A DNA stretch of 64,000 nucleotides from Dehalococcoidia bacterium (GCA_965243185.1 OZ251531.1:72698-136697); one strand, 5' to 3'. Positions 9,444-19,133 are shown, numbered from the stretch's first letter. A program made the numbers and translations. The notes: generated from the sequence alone by a model not told the origin.

Positions 9444-9945
9444 TACGCATATCCTCCTCCAAGTCTGACACGGAGTATTGCAGGACGATGTCCCGTTCGC
9501 CCCGCAAATCGTGGAAATCCCACCAACTCCATCCGGCGAATTTGCGGAGGGGGCCGGAATTGAGAATCCACTGTTCGTACAAGTCCAGGGCCAGTTCCTG
9601 GCGGAGTTGCGGCAGTAGCTGCTCCGGGGGCAGGGCCAAGGCGGCTTGCACTTCCGCGGGGATTTTGAGGGAAAGGCTACCTTTGGGGTGGCACTGGCCG
9701 GATTGGCCGCCGGGTTCCCGGTCGAGGAATTCCTCGGTTTCCCGGACGCGGGTGCGTTCCTGGAGCAGGGCGTTGAATTCGGGCAAGGGCAAGCCGGCGA
9801 AGGATGCGGCTACGGCGCAGGAAAGGCGGCCCTGTTCGCACAGGGCGCAAGCCAGTTCCCGGCGCAGCAGTTCCTCAGCCTCGACCGGGGGCAAGCCCAA
9901 GTTGTAGAGGAGGTTCTCGGTTATTTCCAGTTCTACCGGCGTCAT
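9421..9945 (-). CDS. UPF0175 family protein with two tandem UPF0175 domains (putative antitoxin)
   Basis: Two repeats of LR.ELA..L.EQ..L....A...AG......F..L..ER; overlaps the DUF3368 gene. Confidence 0.75.
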   Translation of the reverse strand: MTPVELEITENLLYNLGLPPVEAEELLRRELACALCEQGRLSCAVAASFAGLPLPEFNALLQERTRVRETEEFLDREPGGQSGQCHPKGSLSLKIPAEVQAALALPPEQLLPQLRQELALDLYEQWILNSGPLRKFAGWSWWDFHDLRGERDIVLQYSVSDLEEDMRNAARPRR

Positions 9946-10017
9946 TGCTCACTCCTTTGCCGGGGATGGCTGGTTGGGGTTGGGCTACGGATAGATGGCG
10001 GCCGCCGGCTGTCCCCG

Positions 10018-10590
10018 CTAGAACTCGATACCGGGCTGGGCTTTGATGCCCTGCTGGTAGGGGTGTTTGACGACCTGCATTTCGGTTACGAGGTCGGCGT
10101 AGTCCACCAATTGCTGCGGGGCGTGGCGGCCGGTGATGATGATGTGCAGCATTTCGGGGCGGCTTTGCAGGGCGGCGATTACTTCGTCGACGGGAATCCA
10201 GCCGTAGTGCAGGGGGTAGGTGAACTCGTCGAGAACTACCAGGTCGTGGTCACCAGCGGCGATAACCTCTTTGGCGTCCTCCCACAGGGCGCGGGCGAGG
10301 TCGGCGCTCTGTTCCAAATCCCGGGAGCGCCAGGTAAAGCCGTCGCCCATAGCGCGCATAGTGACGCCGATTTTCTGGGCGGCGCGCTGTTCGCCGAAGT
10401 TGGCGGTGGTGTGCTTGATGAACTGGAGCATAATCACCCGGAGGTCGCGGCCCCAAGCGCGGAACAGGACGCCCATGGCGGCGGTGGTTTTGCCCTTGCC
10501 GTTGCCGGTGTTGACGATGACCAGTCCTTTGTTGATGCGGGGGCCTTTGACGGACTGCGGCCCCGCTTGGTCGGCTTGTTCGGTAGTCAT
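10018..10590 (-). CDS. cobO: cob(I)yrinic acid a,c-diamide adenosyltransferase
   Basis: VNTGNGKGKTTAAMG, QFIK, LVVLDE, ITGR and ADLVTEM..VKHP motifs. Confidence 0.96.
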   Translation of the reverse strand: MTTEQADQAGPQSVKGPRINKGLVIVNTGNGKGKTTAAMGVLFRAWGRDLRVIMLQFIKHTTANFGEQRAAQKIGVTMRAMGDGFTWRSRDLEQSADLARALWEDAKEVIAAGDHDLVVLDEFTYPLHYGWIPVDEVIAALQSRPEMLHIIITGRHAPQQLVDYADLVTEMQVVKHPYQQGIKAQPGIEF

Positions 10591-10640
10591 ACTGGCTTAC
10601 CCTCGAGCTGGATTGGGGAATTATCCCTTTTGGGATTTAA

Positions 10641-12002
10641 CTATAACACGGCGCAGGTGTCCACGAACTTTTGGGCCAAGCCGGGGGCGCTGCCGAGGTG
10701 GATGTGGATGTAGGATGCCCACAGGCTGCCGATGTGGAAACCCTCGGGGCGGTTATCTTGATTCACTACCCGGTAGAGGGCGGTTTCCGGGGTAGGCGGC
10801 TCCGCCAATACGGACCAGTGGAATTCGTGGCCGCGGACTTGCTGACCGGGCTGCAACAGCGGCGTGGCGTGGGCGGCGGCTACCTCGCGATAGCCCAGGG
10901 TCAGCCGGCGGTGGGACATTGAGGATACCACCGGCAAGGCGCCGACCATGGGATAGTTGTTGCCGTCCAGGTCGGAAAGGCTTTGGCCCAGATACATCAG
11001 GCCGCCGCATTCGGCATAGACCGGGATTTGGCGTTGGACGGCGGTGCGCAGGGATGCCAGCATGGGGCGGTTGGCGGCGAGTTCGGCGGCAAAGAGTTCG
11101 GGGAAGCCGCCGCCGATATAGACGCCGCCGGCAGCCGGGGGCAAAGCGGAGTCGGTCAAGGGGCTGAAAGGCAAAAGTTCCGCGCCCCAAGCTTGCAGCA
11201 AGTCGAGGGAATCCTGATAGTAGAAGCTGAAGGCTTTATCCTGGGCTACGGCGATGCGGGCGCGGGGGGACTGCGGTTCAGCCGGATAGACTTGGGGCTT
11301 TCCGGCCGGGGGATTGGCGGTGGCGGCTAGTTTCAGTATTTGATCCAGGTCAATAGTTTCCGCAACTTGGGCGGTCAAGTCATCGTACCACTGGCGTACT
11401 ACGGTGCCTTCGACGGTGGGAATCAAGCCGAGGTGCCGCTCCGGCTGGTTGAAAGCGTCTTTGCGGGGGAGGTAGCCCAAGACCGGCAAGCCGGTGGTGG
11501 TTTCAATCTGGGGTTGGCAAAAGTCGAGGTGGCGGGGGCCGCCGATGCCGTTGAGGATGACGCCGGCAATTCGCAGGGCGGGGTCGAATTTTTGGTAGCC
11601 AAGGATTTCGGCGGCGACGCTGCGGGCAACCTTGGCGGCGTCGGCGACCAGGATAACCGGGGCGTTGAGGAGTTTGGCTAACTGGGCGGTGGAGCCTTCC
11701 TCGGAGAGGGCGTCGTGGCCGTCATAGAGGCCCATCACGCCCTCGATGACGGCGATTTTTTCGGAGCCGACGGCGCGGCGGAACAGTTCGGTCACGGTGG
11801 GCGGCGGCAGCAGCCAGGTATCCAAGTTGCGGGAAGGGACGCCGCAAGCCAGTTGGTGATAGGAGGGGTCGATGTAGTCGGGGCCGGCCTTGAAGGGCTG
11901 GACGGCATAGCCGCGGCGGGTCAGCGCGCCCATTAGGCCGGTGGCGATGGTGGTTTTGCCGACGCCGCTGCGGACGCCGGCGATTACGATGGCGGCGGTC
12001 AT
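10641..12002 (-). CDS. cbiA: cobyrinate a,c-diamide synthase
   Basis: SGVGKTT, FKAGPDYIDP, NLD.W, EGVMGLYDG, ERHLGL, GGGFPE, AECGGLMYL and GHEFH (glutamine amidotransferase) motifs. Confidence 0.96.
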   Translation of the reverse strand: MTAAIVIAGVRSGVGKTTIATGLMGALTRRGYAVQPFKAGPDYIDPSYHQLACGVPSRNLDTWLLPPPTVTELFRRAVGSEKIAVIEGVMGLYDGHDALSEEGSTAQLAKLLNAPVILVADAAKVARSVAAEILGYQKFDPALRIAGVILNGIGGPRHLDFCQPQIETTTGLPVLGYLPRKDAFNQPERHLGLIPTVEGTVVRQWYDDLTAQVAETIDLDQILKLAATANPPAGKPQVYPAEPQSPRARIAVAQDKAFSFYYQDSLDLLQAWGAELLPFSPLTDSALPPAAGGVYIGGGFPELFAAELAANRPMLASLRTAVQRQIPVYAECGGLMYLGQSLSDLDGNNYPMVGALPVVSSMSHRRLTLGYREVAAAHATPLLQPGQQVRGHEFHWSVLAEPPTPETALYRVVNQDNRPEGFHIGSLWASYIHIHLGSAPGLAQKFVDTCAVL

Positions 12003-12127
12003 GGGGCGGCTCCGGGGATGGGCTGTAACATTTTGATTATTCCTCCGGGGTTTGCCGGCTTGGTCAGTCGGTTTGCTACTTATTATGCAACGGAGGGGCG
12101 GATAATGCTACCCGGTGCGGCTATTTC

Positions 12128-12197
12128 CGTCTTTCCTGTGAAAACGGGAATCCAGAGTCCCCGGTTTTCCTGGATTCCCACTTTCGTGGGAATGACG
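12128..12197. repeat. inverted doublet of CGTC-type REP palindromes
   Basis: CGTCTTTCCTGTGAAAACGGGAATCCAG (12128-12155) faces the reverse complement of CGTCATTCCCACGAAAGTGGGAATCCAG (12170-12197). The same unit occurs at 37235, 37356 (one mismatch) and 39063. Confidence 0.8.
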
Positions 12198-12452
12198 GTT
12201 GCGATATGCGATACCCTTCGCGGGAAAGACGGTTTCGATGCGATAGCCTTGGGTATGGGATGGATTGTGGGGATGAGCGAAAGAGGGCCGGGCGGGCTAC
12301 CCGCCGCAGCGGGCCGCGCCGTTCGGCAGCGCAGTGGAGGAGGTACTGCGCCGCCGGGAAAGCGCGGGCCGCCCGGCCGTCTCTCGGGAAGGAGTCCAAC
12401 GGCGGCTGCCATTGGACGGGATGATTGCGGACGGGGACGCGGCGGGAAGGGC

Positions 12453-12483
12453 AAAGAAAAAGCCTGACTTTCCCGGTCAGGCT
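12453..12483 (-). terminator. intrinsic terminator, probable riboswitch expression platform
   Basis: Minus strand AGCCTGAC-CGGGAAA-GTCAGGCT followed by TTTTCTTT, about 55 nt downstream of the aptamer. Confidence 0.75.
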
Positions 12484-12537
12484 GGATCCAGTCAAGAGAC
12501 TAATACACCTTGCCGCGAAGCGTATTCCGTCAAGTTC

Positions 12538-12750
12538 CCAGGCAGGTCTCCTGGCTTCTGGCTGCTGACGAACCCGCTCGGCCTTCCCGGCCCGGCAATT
12601 GTTGGGGCCAGTGGCTTGTTTCCGCACGGCGGAATTGAGGGGGTTCTCGCCAGTCACAGTGGCGCGACCACGCCGGATTTACACCGGCTTCCCTTTTCAG
12701 CCCCGGATTTCATTGCAGTGGATAATGCCGGGGCCACCTGGGGACTTTGG
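12538..12750 (-). promoter_or_regulatory. cobalamin (AdoCbl) riboswitch
   Basis: Minus strand AGGT…AAAAGGGAAGCCGGTGTAAATCCGGCGTGGTCGCGCCACTGTGA…GCCACTGG…GGGAAGG…AGCCAGGAGACCTGCC (B12 box), upstream of cbiA. Confidence 0.95.
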
Positions 12751-13049
12751 GCTATTCGGTTGTTAAGGGCGGCGGGTTATGGGATAGATTGTATAACGGG
12801 TTTGGGGATGGTGTCAAGGGGTAGTTTGGGCAGGTTCCGTTCTATTGTGGATGATTTTCAAGTGTACGATATTTGCGTACATTTCATATCATCCATAACA
12901 GAACGGAACCTTTGGGCAAAGACAAATCGGGGAGTTTTGCCCTTTCCCGGTTGGCTAAAATAGTATATACTTCGCTTATCCAGCTGGTAAAATGTAAGGA
13001 CAACCGGCGGTCTCAATACCGTGTAAATATAAATCGAGGAGACGATACT

Positions 13050-13445
13050 ATGGCCAAACCGAGCCTGACCGGCCTCAAGGACACGCTTATTTTTGAGGAT
13101 GCCGCCAGACAGGCTACTGCCTGGGGTTCTCTGGAGTATCTGGCCTACAGCGCGCATAGCTACTGGGGTCGGGAGTTTCAACATCGGATTATGGCGGAGA
13201 TGGAGCGGTGGCAATCGGAAGTTCGCGCCGACAACCGCCTGCTGAATTACTTGGGACGTTGCTCCGGTTTTGACTTGTCCCAAGCCCAAAAGTCCCTGCG
13301 GGAAGGCAACTACTACGATTTCCAGTGGTTTCTGGGCCGGCTGGCCGCCTATGCCCTGATGGCCAAGGCCGAGGAGGGCCGGCTGGAAGAGGAGGAAGGC
13401 AGCGCGGCGGCGGAGCCGGAGTCGGCCGGGGATGCCGATGAGTAG
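13050..13445 (+). CDS. hypothetical protein with acidic C-terminal tail
   Basis: ATG 13050 with AGGAGA RBS; 131 aa. Confidence 0.65.
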   Translation: MAKPSLTGLKDTLIFEDAARQATAWGSLEYLAYSAHSYWGREFQHRIMAEMERWQSEVRADNRLLNYLGRCSGFDLSQAQKSLREGNYYDFQWFLGRLAAYALMAKAEEGRLEEEEGSAAAEPESAGDADE

Positions 13446-13497
13446 CCGGCACGGGGGATTTTCGCTGCGTCCTTACCGTCGTTCCGGTGAAATGTGG

Positions 13498-13650
13498 TCA
13501 GCCGCCGCCGAGGATTTGGCCCAGGGTTTGTTGCAGTTCGACGAAGGCTGGGGCGCGGTTGCCCAGGAACAGCAGGGACGCCAGGGACAGGATGCTGGCG
13601 GCGACCAATAGGCAGCCCATTACGCCAAGAAGTAGCCGGCTGAGGCGCAT
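13498..13650 (-). CDS. small membrane protein
   Basis: MRLSRLLLGVMGCLLVAASILSLASLLFLG…: one hydrophobic helix, co-oriented with the moeA operon. Confidence 0.45.
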   Translation of the reverse strand: MRLSRLLLGVMGCLLVAASILSLASLLFLGNRAPAFVELQQTLGQILGGG

Positions 13651-13687
13651 AGTGTTTCTCTTGCCGGCTGCGGCGTTAGGCATCGGA

Positions 13688-13763
13688 GTTTCCCGGGCCG
13701 GCTCCGGGGTTAGGCGCCGGGGTTTCCCGGGCCGGCTGCGGGGTTAGGCACCGGGGATTTCCT
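13688..13763. repeat. 34-bp tandem repeat, about 2.2 copies
   Basis: gtttcccgggccggct(c/g)cggggttaggc(g/a)ccggg at 13688 and 13722, with a partial copy at 13756 overlapping the stop of 13744..14196. Confidence 0.8.
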
Positions 13764-14196
13764 GGCGGGCGAAGCCGTAGTAGGCGTCGTTGTCCAAGAT
13801 GAGCTGCAAGTTCCCGGGGGTGATGTTGATGGGACGGTCCGGCGTTGACCACCGCTCGGTGAGTTCGTGGCACAGTTCGTCGAGGGACATCGGCGAGTTG
13901 CTACGGGCCAGCAGGGTGCGGAACAGGATTTCCTGCACCGGCATATAGGAATTGATAAAATCCGTTTCCTGGGCGGAAAACTCGGCGATTTCCTCAAGCA
14001 AGGCTTGCGGGTCGTCGAGTTCGTGGGCCTCTTGCACCAGGGAAGGGGCGGAACGGCCGCGCCGCTCGGCCAACAGAGTTACCGCCGAGCGGTTCAGTTT
14101 CTGCTCCAAGCGGTCAAAGCTGATGCAGTAATAGGGGGGCGTTTCCCCTTGCTCCGTTTCCGGGTCTTGGGCTGCCTCCGGGGTCGGGATGGTCAT
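13744..14196 (-). CDS. conserved hypothetical protein, possible winged-helix C-terminus
   Basis: 150-aa ORF coupled to moeA (ATGA overlap) with native codon usage. Confidence 0.7.
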   Translation of the reverse strand: MTIPTPEAAQDPETEQGETPPYYCISFDRLEQKLNRSAVTLLAERRGRSAPSLVQEAHELDDPQALLEEIAEFSAQETDFINSYMPVQEILFRTLLARSNSPMSLDELCHELTERWSTPDRPINITPGNLQLILDNDAYYGFARQEIPGA

Positions 14197-15557
14197 AGCT
14201 CTACCTCCTCGTTCCAGTCGAGCATAATGATGGGTACGGTTTCGCCGGCGGCCTTGGCCGGCAAGTCCTCGGGGCAGACGGCAAGGCCGTTGGCCCGGGA
14301 CATTGAGGTCAGGATGTTGGAGCCTTGGGGGCCGGTGGGGTTGGCGTAGAATACCCCATCGCGGCGTTCCACTTCCACCCGGGCATAGACGCGGCGGCCG
14401 TCGTTGTTGTGGATGGGCGCGGTCAAGGTTCCGGTTACTACCGGGCGGGCTAGTTGGCGGCGGCCGAGCATGGCCCGGATGGCGGGGCGGGCGAACATCT
14501 CGAAGGCGACCAAGGCACTGACCGGATTGCCGGGCAAGCCGAGCATCGGCACGGCGCGGCCGGTCGCCGCGCCATCGGGCCGCAGCAAGCCGAAAGCCAG
14601 GGGCTTGGCGGGGCGCATCCGCACGGACCAGAAGTTCATATCGCCGCGCTCGGTCAGCACATCCTTAACCACATCATAATCGCCTTTGGAGACGCCGGCG
14701 GAACTGACCAGCAAATCGGCGCCGGCGGCCTGTTCCAATTTGGCGCGCAAATCCTCGAGGTTGTCGCGGGCGATGCCGAGGATGCGGGGGACGCCGCCAG
14801 CGGCGGCGACGCCGGCGGCAACACTGAAACCGTTGCTGTCGTAGATTTTGCCATCCTCCAGCGGCTGGCCGGGGTCGGCCAGTTCGTCGCCGGTGGAGAG
14901 GACGGCAACTATCGGGCGGCGGATGACCGGCACTTGCGCCATACCCAGGGCAGCCAATACGCCCACTTCCGAGGAACGAATGACCGTGCCGGCGTCGAGA
15001 ACCAGTTGCCCGGCGCGCACATCCTCGCCGTCCGGGCGGACATTGCAGCCGCGGGGCAAGTCGGAATGGATACCGATTTCCGAGAGGAGTTCCCCGGCGG
15101 CGCGGCGTTGCAGTTCGTCGGTTTCCTCGAAGGGAACTACGGTGTCGGCACCGCCGGGAATGGGCGCGCCGGTCATTATGCGGATGGCGGTGCCTTCCCG
15201 AACCCAAGTACGGGATACCTGGCCGGCGGCGACCAAGCCGATGACCCGGAGGCGGCGCGGCGTTTTTTCCGAGGCGCCGCTGATGTCCTCCCGCCGCACG
15301 GCGTAGCCGTCCATTCCCGAGTTAGGCAACGGCGGCAGGGACAAGGGGGAGTGAACCGGGACGGCCAAGGTTTGACCGAGGCAGTCGAGGATGGGCTTTT
15401 CCTCGGTTTCCAGGGGGCCGAAGCAAGCCATAATGCGGCGGTAGGCGGCCTCGACGGAGAGCATATCCTCGTCGATATGGCGGTGGCCGTGTTCGTGGGG
15501 GCTTTCCGGGTGCGCCGGGGCCGGTTGATGGTGTTGATGTTGATGATGGGATTGCAT
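14193..15557 (-). CDS. moeA: molybdopterin molybdotransferase with His-rich N-terminal extension
   Basis: SGMDGYAVR, RIMTGAPIPGGADTVVPFE, STGDEL, DSNG, SAGVSKGDYD, P.KPLAFG, GLPGNPVS and QGS..L.SMSRAN motifs. Confidence 0.95.
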   Translation of the reverse strand: MQSHHQHQHHQPAPAHPESPHEHGHRHIDEDMLSVEAAYRRIMACFGPLETEEKPILDCLGQTLAVPVHSPLSLPPLPNSGMDGYAVRREDISGASEKTPRRLRVIGLVAAGQVSRTWVREGTAIRIMTGAPIPGGADTVVPFEETDELQRRAAGELLSEIGIHSDLPRGCNVRPDGEDVRAGQLVLDAGTVIRSSEVGVLAALGMAQVPVIRRPIVAVLSTGDELADPGQPLEDGKIYDSNGFSVAAGVAAAGGVPRILGIARDNLEDLRAKLEQAAGADLLVSSAGVSKGDYDVVKDVLTERGDMNFWSVRMRPAKPLAFGLLRPDGAATGRAVPMLGLPGNPVSALVAFEMFARPAIRAMLGRRQLARPVVTGTLTAPIHNNDGRRVYARVEVERRDGVFYANPTGPQGSNILTSMSRANGLAVCPEDLPAKAAGETVPIIMLDWNEEVEL

Positions 15558-15558
15558 A

Positions 15559-18009
15559 TTACCCTCGCAAGACGGCGCCGGTTTCCTGTTCCAGATGGCG
15601 CAGAAGCCGCTGTTGGGCCTGGTTGACTTCCTCGGCGGTTAAGGTGCGTTCCGGGGATTGGAAATAGACCCGGAAGGCCAGGGAGCGGGTTCCGGGCGGG
15701 AGGTTGTCTCCGGTGTAGAGGTCGAACAGTTCGGCCCGCTCGACCAGACGATGGCGGGTCAGCAGGTCTTGAACCCGGCCGGCCGGCACTGCGGCGTCGA
15801 CCAGCAGCGCCATATCGCGGATGGCGGCCGGGAAGCGGGTCAAGGGGCGGAAGTTGCGGGTGGATTGGGCTGCCGGTTGAGCCAGCGGCAGCAGTTCGTC
15901 GAGATACAGCTCAAAGAGGGCGGCCGGGCGGTGTTTCAGGTCGAAACTTTCCAGCACGGCGGGATGGAGTTCGCCGAGGATACCGATTTGCCGGTCAGCG
16001 CAGTGGAGGGCGGCACAGCGTCCGGGATGAAATGCCGGGTCGTCCGCCGGCGCCCAAGCTACGGCCGCCGGCAGTCCCAACAAAGCCAAGGCGGCGGACA
16101 GGATACCTTTGGCGTCGAAAAAGTCCAGCGGCCCGTTGTCTCCTAACCAAGAAGGTTCAGAGCGCAAGCCGGAAATTACCCCGGCGGCGGTTTCCCGTTC
16201 CTCCGGCAAATCGTTGGGGCGGGGCAGAAAGACGCGCCCTTGCTCGAAGAGGCGGAACGGGCCTTCGTTATAGCCTTCGTTATAAGCCAGAGTTGCCAAC
16301 AGACTGGCGCGCAAAGTGGGGCGTAGGTATTCCTGGTCGGTGCTCATCGGGTTGGCGATTTTCAGCGGCGGGATTTCGTCGAGGGGGTAGTGCGCCTTGG
16401 CTAATTCGGCAAGGTTCAGCAGGGGGTAGCTGATGGTTTCCTGCAAGCCGACGGCGGCCAGGGATTCTTTGACGCGGCCGCGCAGTTCGGTCATTGGGGC
16501 CGGCTGGCGGTAGGGTATGGGCGTGGCCAGCATCGTGGTGGGGACGGTATCGTAGCCGATAATCCGTACCACTTCCTCGATCAAATCCTCCTCGAGGTTG
16601 ATGTCGTTGCGCCAGTAGGGAATGGATACGGACAAGGCGGCGTCACCCCGCCGTTCCCACTGAAAGCCCAGGGATTGGAAAACGGACTCGACCGATTCCA
16701 GAGGCAAATCCATCCCCAAAACCTGCCGCAGCCGTGGCAAGGTCAGCGGCACCGGCGGCTTGGGATTGGCGGCGTCCGGGTAAAGGTCAATGATGCCCTG
16801 GGCGATGACGCCGCCGGCGACTTGCTGAATGAGTTGGGTAGCGCGGCGGAGGGCAATGGGGGCCAATTCCGGGCGCAAGCCTTTCTCGAAACGCTGGGTA
16901 GCGTCGGTGCGGAGGCGGAAAGTTTCGGCGGTGCGGCGGTTGTTGTAGCTGTTAAAGGTAGCGGATTCCAGCAAAACGGCGGTGGTGTCGGGGCCGATTT
17001 CGCTGTTGGCGCCGCCGATAATGCCGCCGATGCCGATGGGGTCTTGGGCGTCGGCAATGACCAAGGTATCCGGGTTCAGCTGGCGCTCGACCCCATCCAA
17101 AGTTGCCAAAGTTTCCCCGGGCCGGGCGCGGCGCACAATGACCGTGCGGTCTTTTACCTTGTCGAGGTCGAAGGCGTGGAGCGGCTGGTTGAACTCCAGC
17201 ATTACATAGTTGGTAACATCCACCACATTGCTGATGGGGCGCAAGCCGGCTTTGGTCAGGCGGTCTTGCAACCATTGCGGCGAAGGGCCGATTTGCAAGC
17301 CCTGAATGAGGCTGGCGGTGTAGCGGTGGCACAAGTCCGGGTCGGCTACGGATACGGAGGCTTGTTCGGTGATGGGCGGGCCGTCCTCGATGTAGCTGAT
17401 TTCCGGTTCGCGGACGGTTTGGCCGGTGAGGGCGGCGATTTCGTGGGCTACGCCGAGGATGGAAAAGCAGTCGAGGCGGTTGGGGGTGACTTCCAAGTCG
17501 AGGACGGTATCGCCGAGGTAGTCGTCGAGGGGCATACCGACCGGGGCGTCGGCGGGCAAGACCAGGATGCCGTCGTGGTCGCCGCCGATGCCAAGTTCCA
17601 GTTCGGAGCAAATCATACCCTGGGAGACGACGCCGCGGATGCGGGCGGCTTTGAGGGTTTCATTGCGGCCGCTGTGAGCGTTGTAAAGGCGCGCGCCGAT
17701 TTGGGCAAAGCAGATTTTCTGGCCGGCGGCGACATTGGGCGCGCCGCAGACCACTTCCATAACGGCGGCGGTTGCTGTCCCGTCCGCCGATGCTGTACTG
17801 GAACCGAGGTTGACCTGGCAGAGGCGCAGGCTGTCGGCGTTGGGATGGGGGCGGACTTCCAGCACTTCGCCGACCACGCAGTTAGTCCAGCCGCCGGTAG
17901 CGATAACTTCGCCGACCTCGACGCCGGCCATAGTCAGCCGGTGGGCCAACTCTTGGGGCGGCCGGTTGAGGTCCACATAGTCTTTCAGCCAGCTTAAAGG
18001 GACGAGCAT
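15559..18009 (-). CDS. pheT: phenylalanine--tRNA ligase beta subunit
   Basis: MLVPLSWL, VVCGAPN, SQGMICS, TPNRLDCFS, QPLHAFD, LRASLL and the C-terminal FDX-ACB domain. Confidence 0.98.
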   Translation of the reverse strand: MLVPLSWLKDYVDLNRPPQELAHRLTMAGVEVGEVIATGGWTNCVVGEVLEVRPHPNADSLRLCQVNLGSSTASADGTATAAVMEVVCGAPNVAAGQKICFAQIGARLYNAHSGRNETLKAARIRGVVSQGMICSELELGIGGDHDGILVLPADAPVGMPLDDYLGDTVLDLEVTPNRLDCFSILGVAHEIAALTGQTVREPEISYIEDGPPITEQASVSVADPDLCHRYTASLIQGLQIGPSPQWLQDRLTKAGLRPISNVVDVTNYVMLEFNQPLHAFDLDKVKDRTVIVRRARPGETLATLDGVERQLNPDTLVIADAQDPIGIGGIIGGANSEIGPDTTAVLLESATFNSYNNRRTAETFRLRTDATQRFEKGLRPELAPIALRRATQLIQQVAGGVIAQGIIDLYPDAANPKPPVPLTLPRLRQVLGMDLPLESVESVFQSLGFQWERRGDAALSVSIPYWRNDINLEEDLIEEVVRIIGYDTVPTTMLATPIPYRQPAPMTELRGRVKESLAAVGLQETISYPLLNLAELAKAHYPLDEIPPLKIANPMSTDQEYLRPTLRASLLATLAYNEGYNEGPFRLFEQGRVFLPRPNDLPEERETAAGVISGLRSEPSWLGDNGPLDFFDAKGILSAALALLGLPAAVAWAPADDPAFHPGRCAALHCADRQIGILGELHPAVLESFDLKHRPAALFELYLDELLPLAQPAAQSTRNFRPLTRFPAAIRDMALLVDAAVPAGRVQDLLTRHRLVERAELFDLYTGDNLPPGTRSLAFRVYFQSPERTLTAEEVNQAQQRLLRHLEQETGAVLRG

Positions 18010-18056
18010 AGGCGTTGATTAGTTCTCCGGTTTTGGAGGATATATCGGAATGGCGG

Positions 18057-19133
18057 CTAGAACTGCCGCAGGAACCTTAAATCGTTGGAATAGAAGTGAC
18101 GGATGTCGTCGATGCCGTATTTGAGCATGGCGATGCGCTCCGGGCCGAGGCCGAAGGCAAAGCCGGTGTATTTTTCCGGGTCGTAGCCGACGCCGGCCAA
18201 GACTTGGGGATGTACCATTCCCGCGCCCATAATTTCAATCCAGCCGCTGTCCCGGCAGATGCGGCAACCGTTGCCGCTGCTCACATTACCGGCGCAGGAG
18301 AAGCAGTCAATGGACATATCCACGCCCGGCTCCACAAAGGGAAAGTAATCGCAGCGGAAACGCACCTGGCGGTCGGACCCGAACAGGCGGCGGGCGAATT
18401 CGTACAGGGTGCCTTTCAAGTCGGCGAAAGTAATGCCGGCGTCCACGGCCAAGCCCTCGACCTGGTAAAAATGCCATTCGTGGGTGGCATCGGTGGCTTC
18501 GTAGCGGTAGCACTTGCCCGGCACCACTACCCGCACCGGGGGCTGGGTATTTTCCATCACCCGGGCCTGCATTGGCGAGGTGTGAGTGCGGAGGAGCATC
18601 GGCTGGCGGCCGGCGGCGTCGGTATAGTCCACCCAGAGGGTGTTCCACATATCCCGGGCGGGATGTCCCGGCGGAATGTTCAACCGCTCAAAATTATAGT
18701 AGTCCCACTCCACTTCCGGGCCTTCGACGATGCTGAAACCCATGGCGACAAAGGCGTCGGTGATTTCCCGTACCACCCGGGTGGTCAGATGCAAGCCGCC
18801 GGCGGCAACGGGACGGCCGGGCAGGGTAACATCGATGCGGTCTTGGTTGGCGGCGGCGTCTAAAGCGGCTTGGCGGATTTCCTGGGCGCGGCGTTCCAGG
18901 CTTTGCTCGAGTTCGGTCTTGGCCCGGTTGCCCTGCGCGCCCAGTTCCCGCCGCTGGTCAATATCCAGTTGGGACAAGCCACGCAGGATGGCGGTCAGCT
19001 GACCGCGGCGGCCGAGGTAGGCAACCCGCCACTGCTCGAGGTCATCCGGGGCGGCCAGGGCGGCCAGTTCGGCAAGGGCGGCGCGGGTCAGTTGGTCGAT
19101 GGATTGAGCGGTAGGCACGGTGGTCTGCGTCAA
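18057..19133 (-). CDS. pheS: phenylalanine--tRNA ligase alpha subunit
   Basis: GPEVE, NFERLNIP..HPARDM, LLRTHTSPMQ, DATHEWHFYQVEG, YFPFVEP and GFAFGLG.ERIAML motifs. Start uncertain (TTG 19133 chosen). Confidence 0.97.
   Translation of the reverse strand: MTQTTVPTAQSIDQLTRAALAELAALAAPDDLEQWRVAYLGRRGQLTAILRGLSQLDIDQRRELGAQGNRAKTELEQSLERRAQEIRQAALDAAANQDRIDVTLPGRPVAAGGLHLTTRVVREITDAFVAMGFSIVEGPEVEWDYYNFERLNIPPGHPARDMWNTLWVDYTDAAGRQPMLLRTHTSPMQARVMENTQPPVRVVVPGKCYRYEATDATHEWHFYQVEGLAVDAGITFADLKGTLYEFARRLFGSDRQVRFRCDYFPFVEPGVDMSIDCFSCAGNVSSGNGCRICRDSGWIEIMGAGMVHPQVLAGVGYDPEKYTGFAFGLGPERIAMLKYGIDDIRHFYSNDLRFLRQF

Noticed and set aside
13688-13763. 34-bp tandem repeat as a contingency locus
   Set aside because: Only about two copies, overlapping a stop codon and an intergenic region; copy-number change would have little coding effect.
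16675-17997. 440-aa plus-strand ORF and similar long ORFs (14454..15626, 24806..25780, 33493..34473, 36696..37970, 40607..42094, 45407..46381)
   Set aside because: Antisense or alternate-frame shadows of well-supported genes, expected at high GC, with no family motifs.
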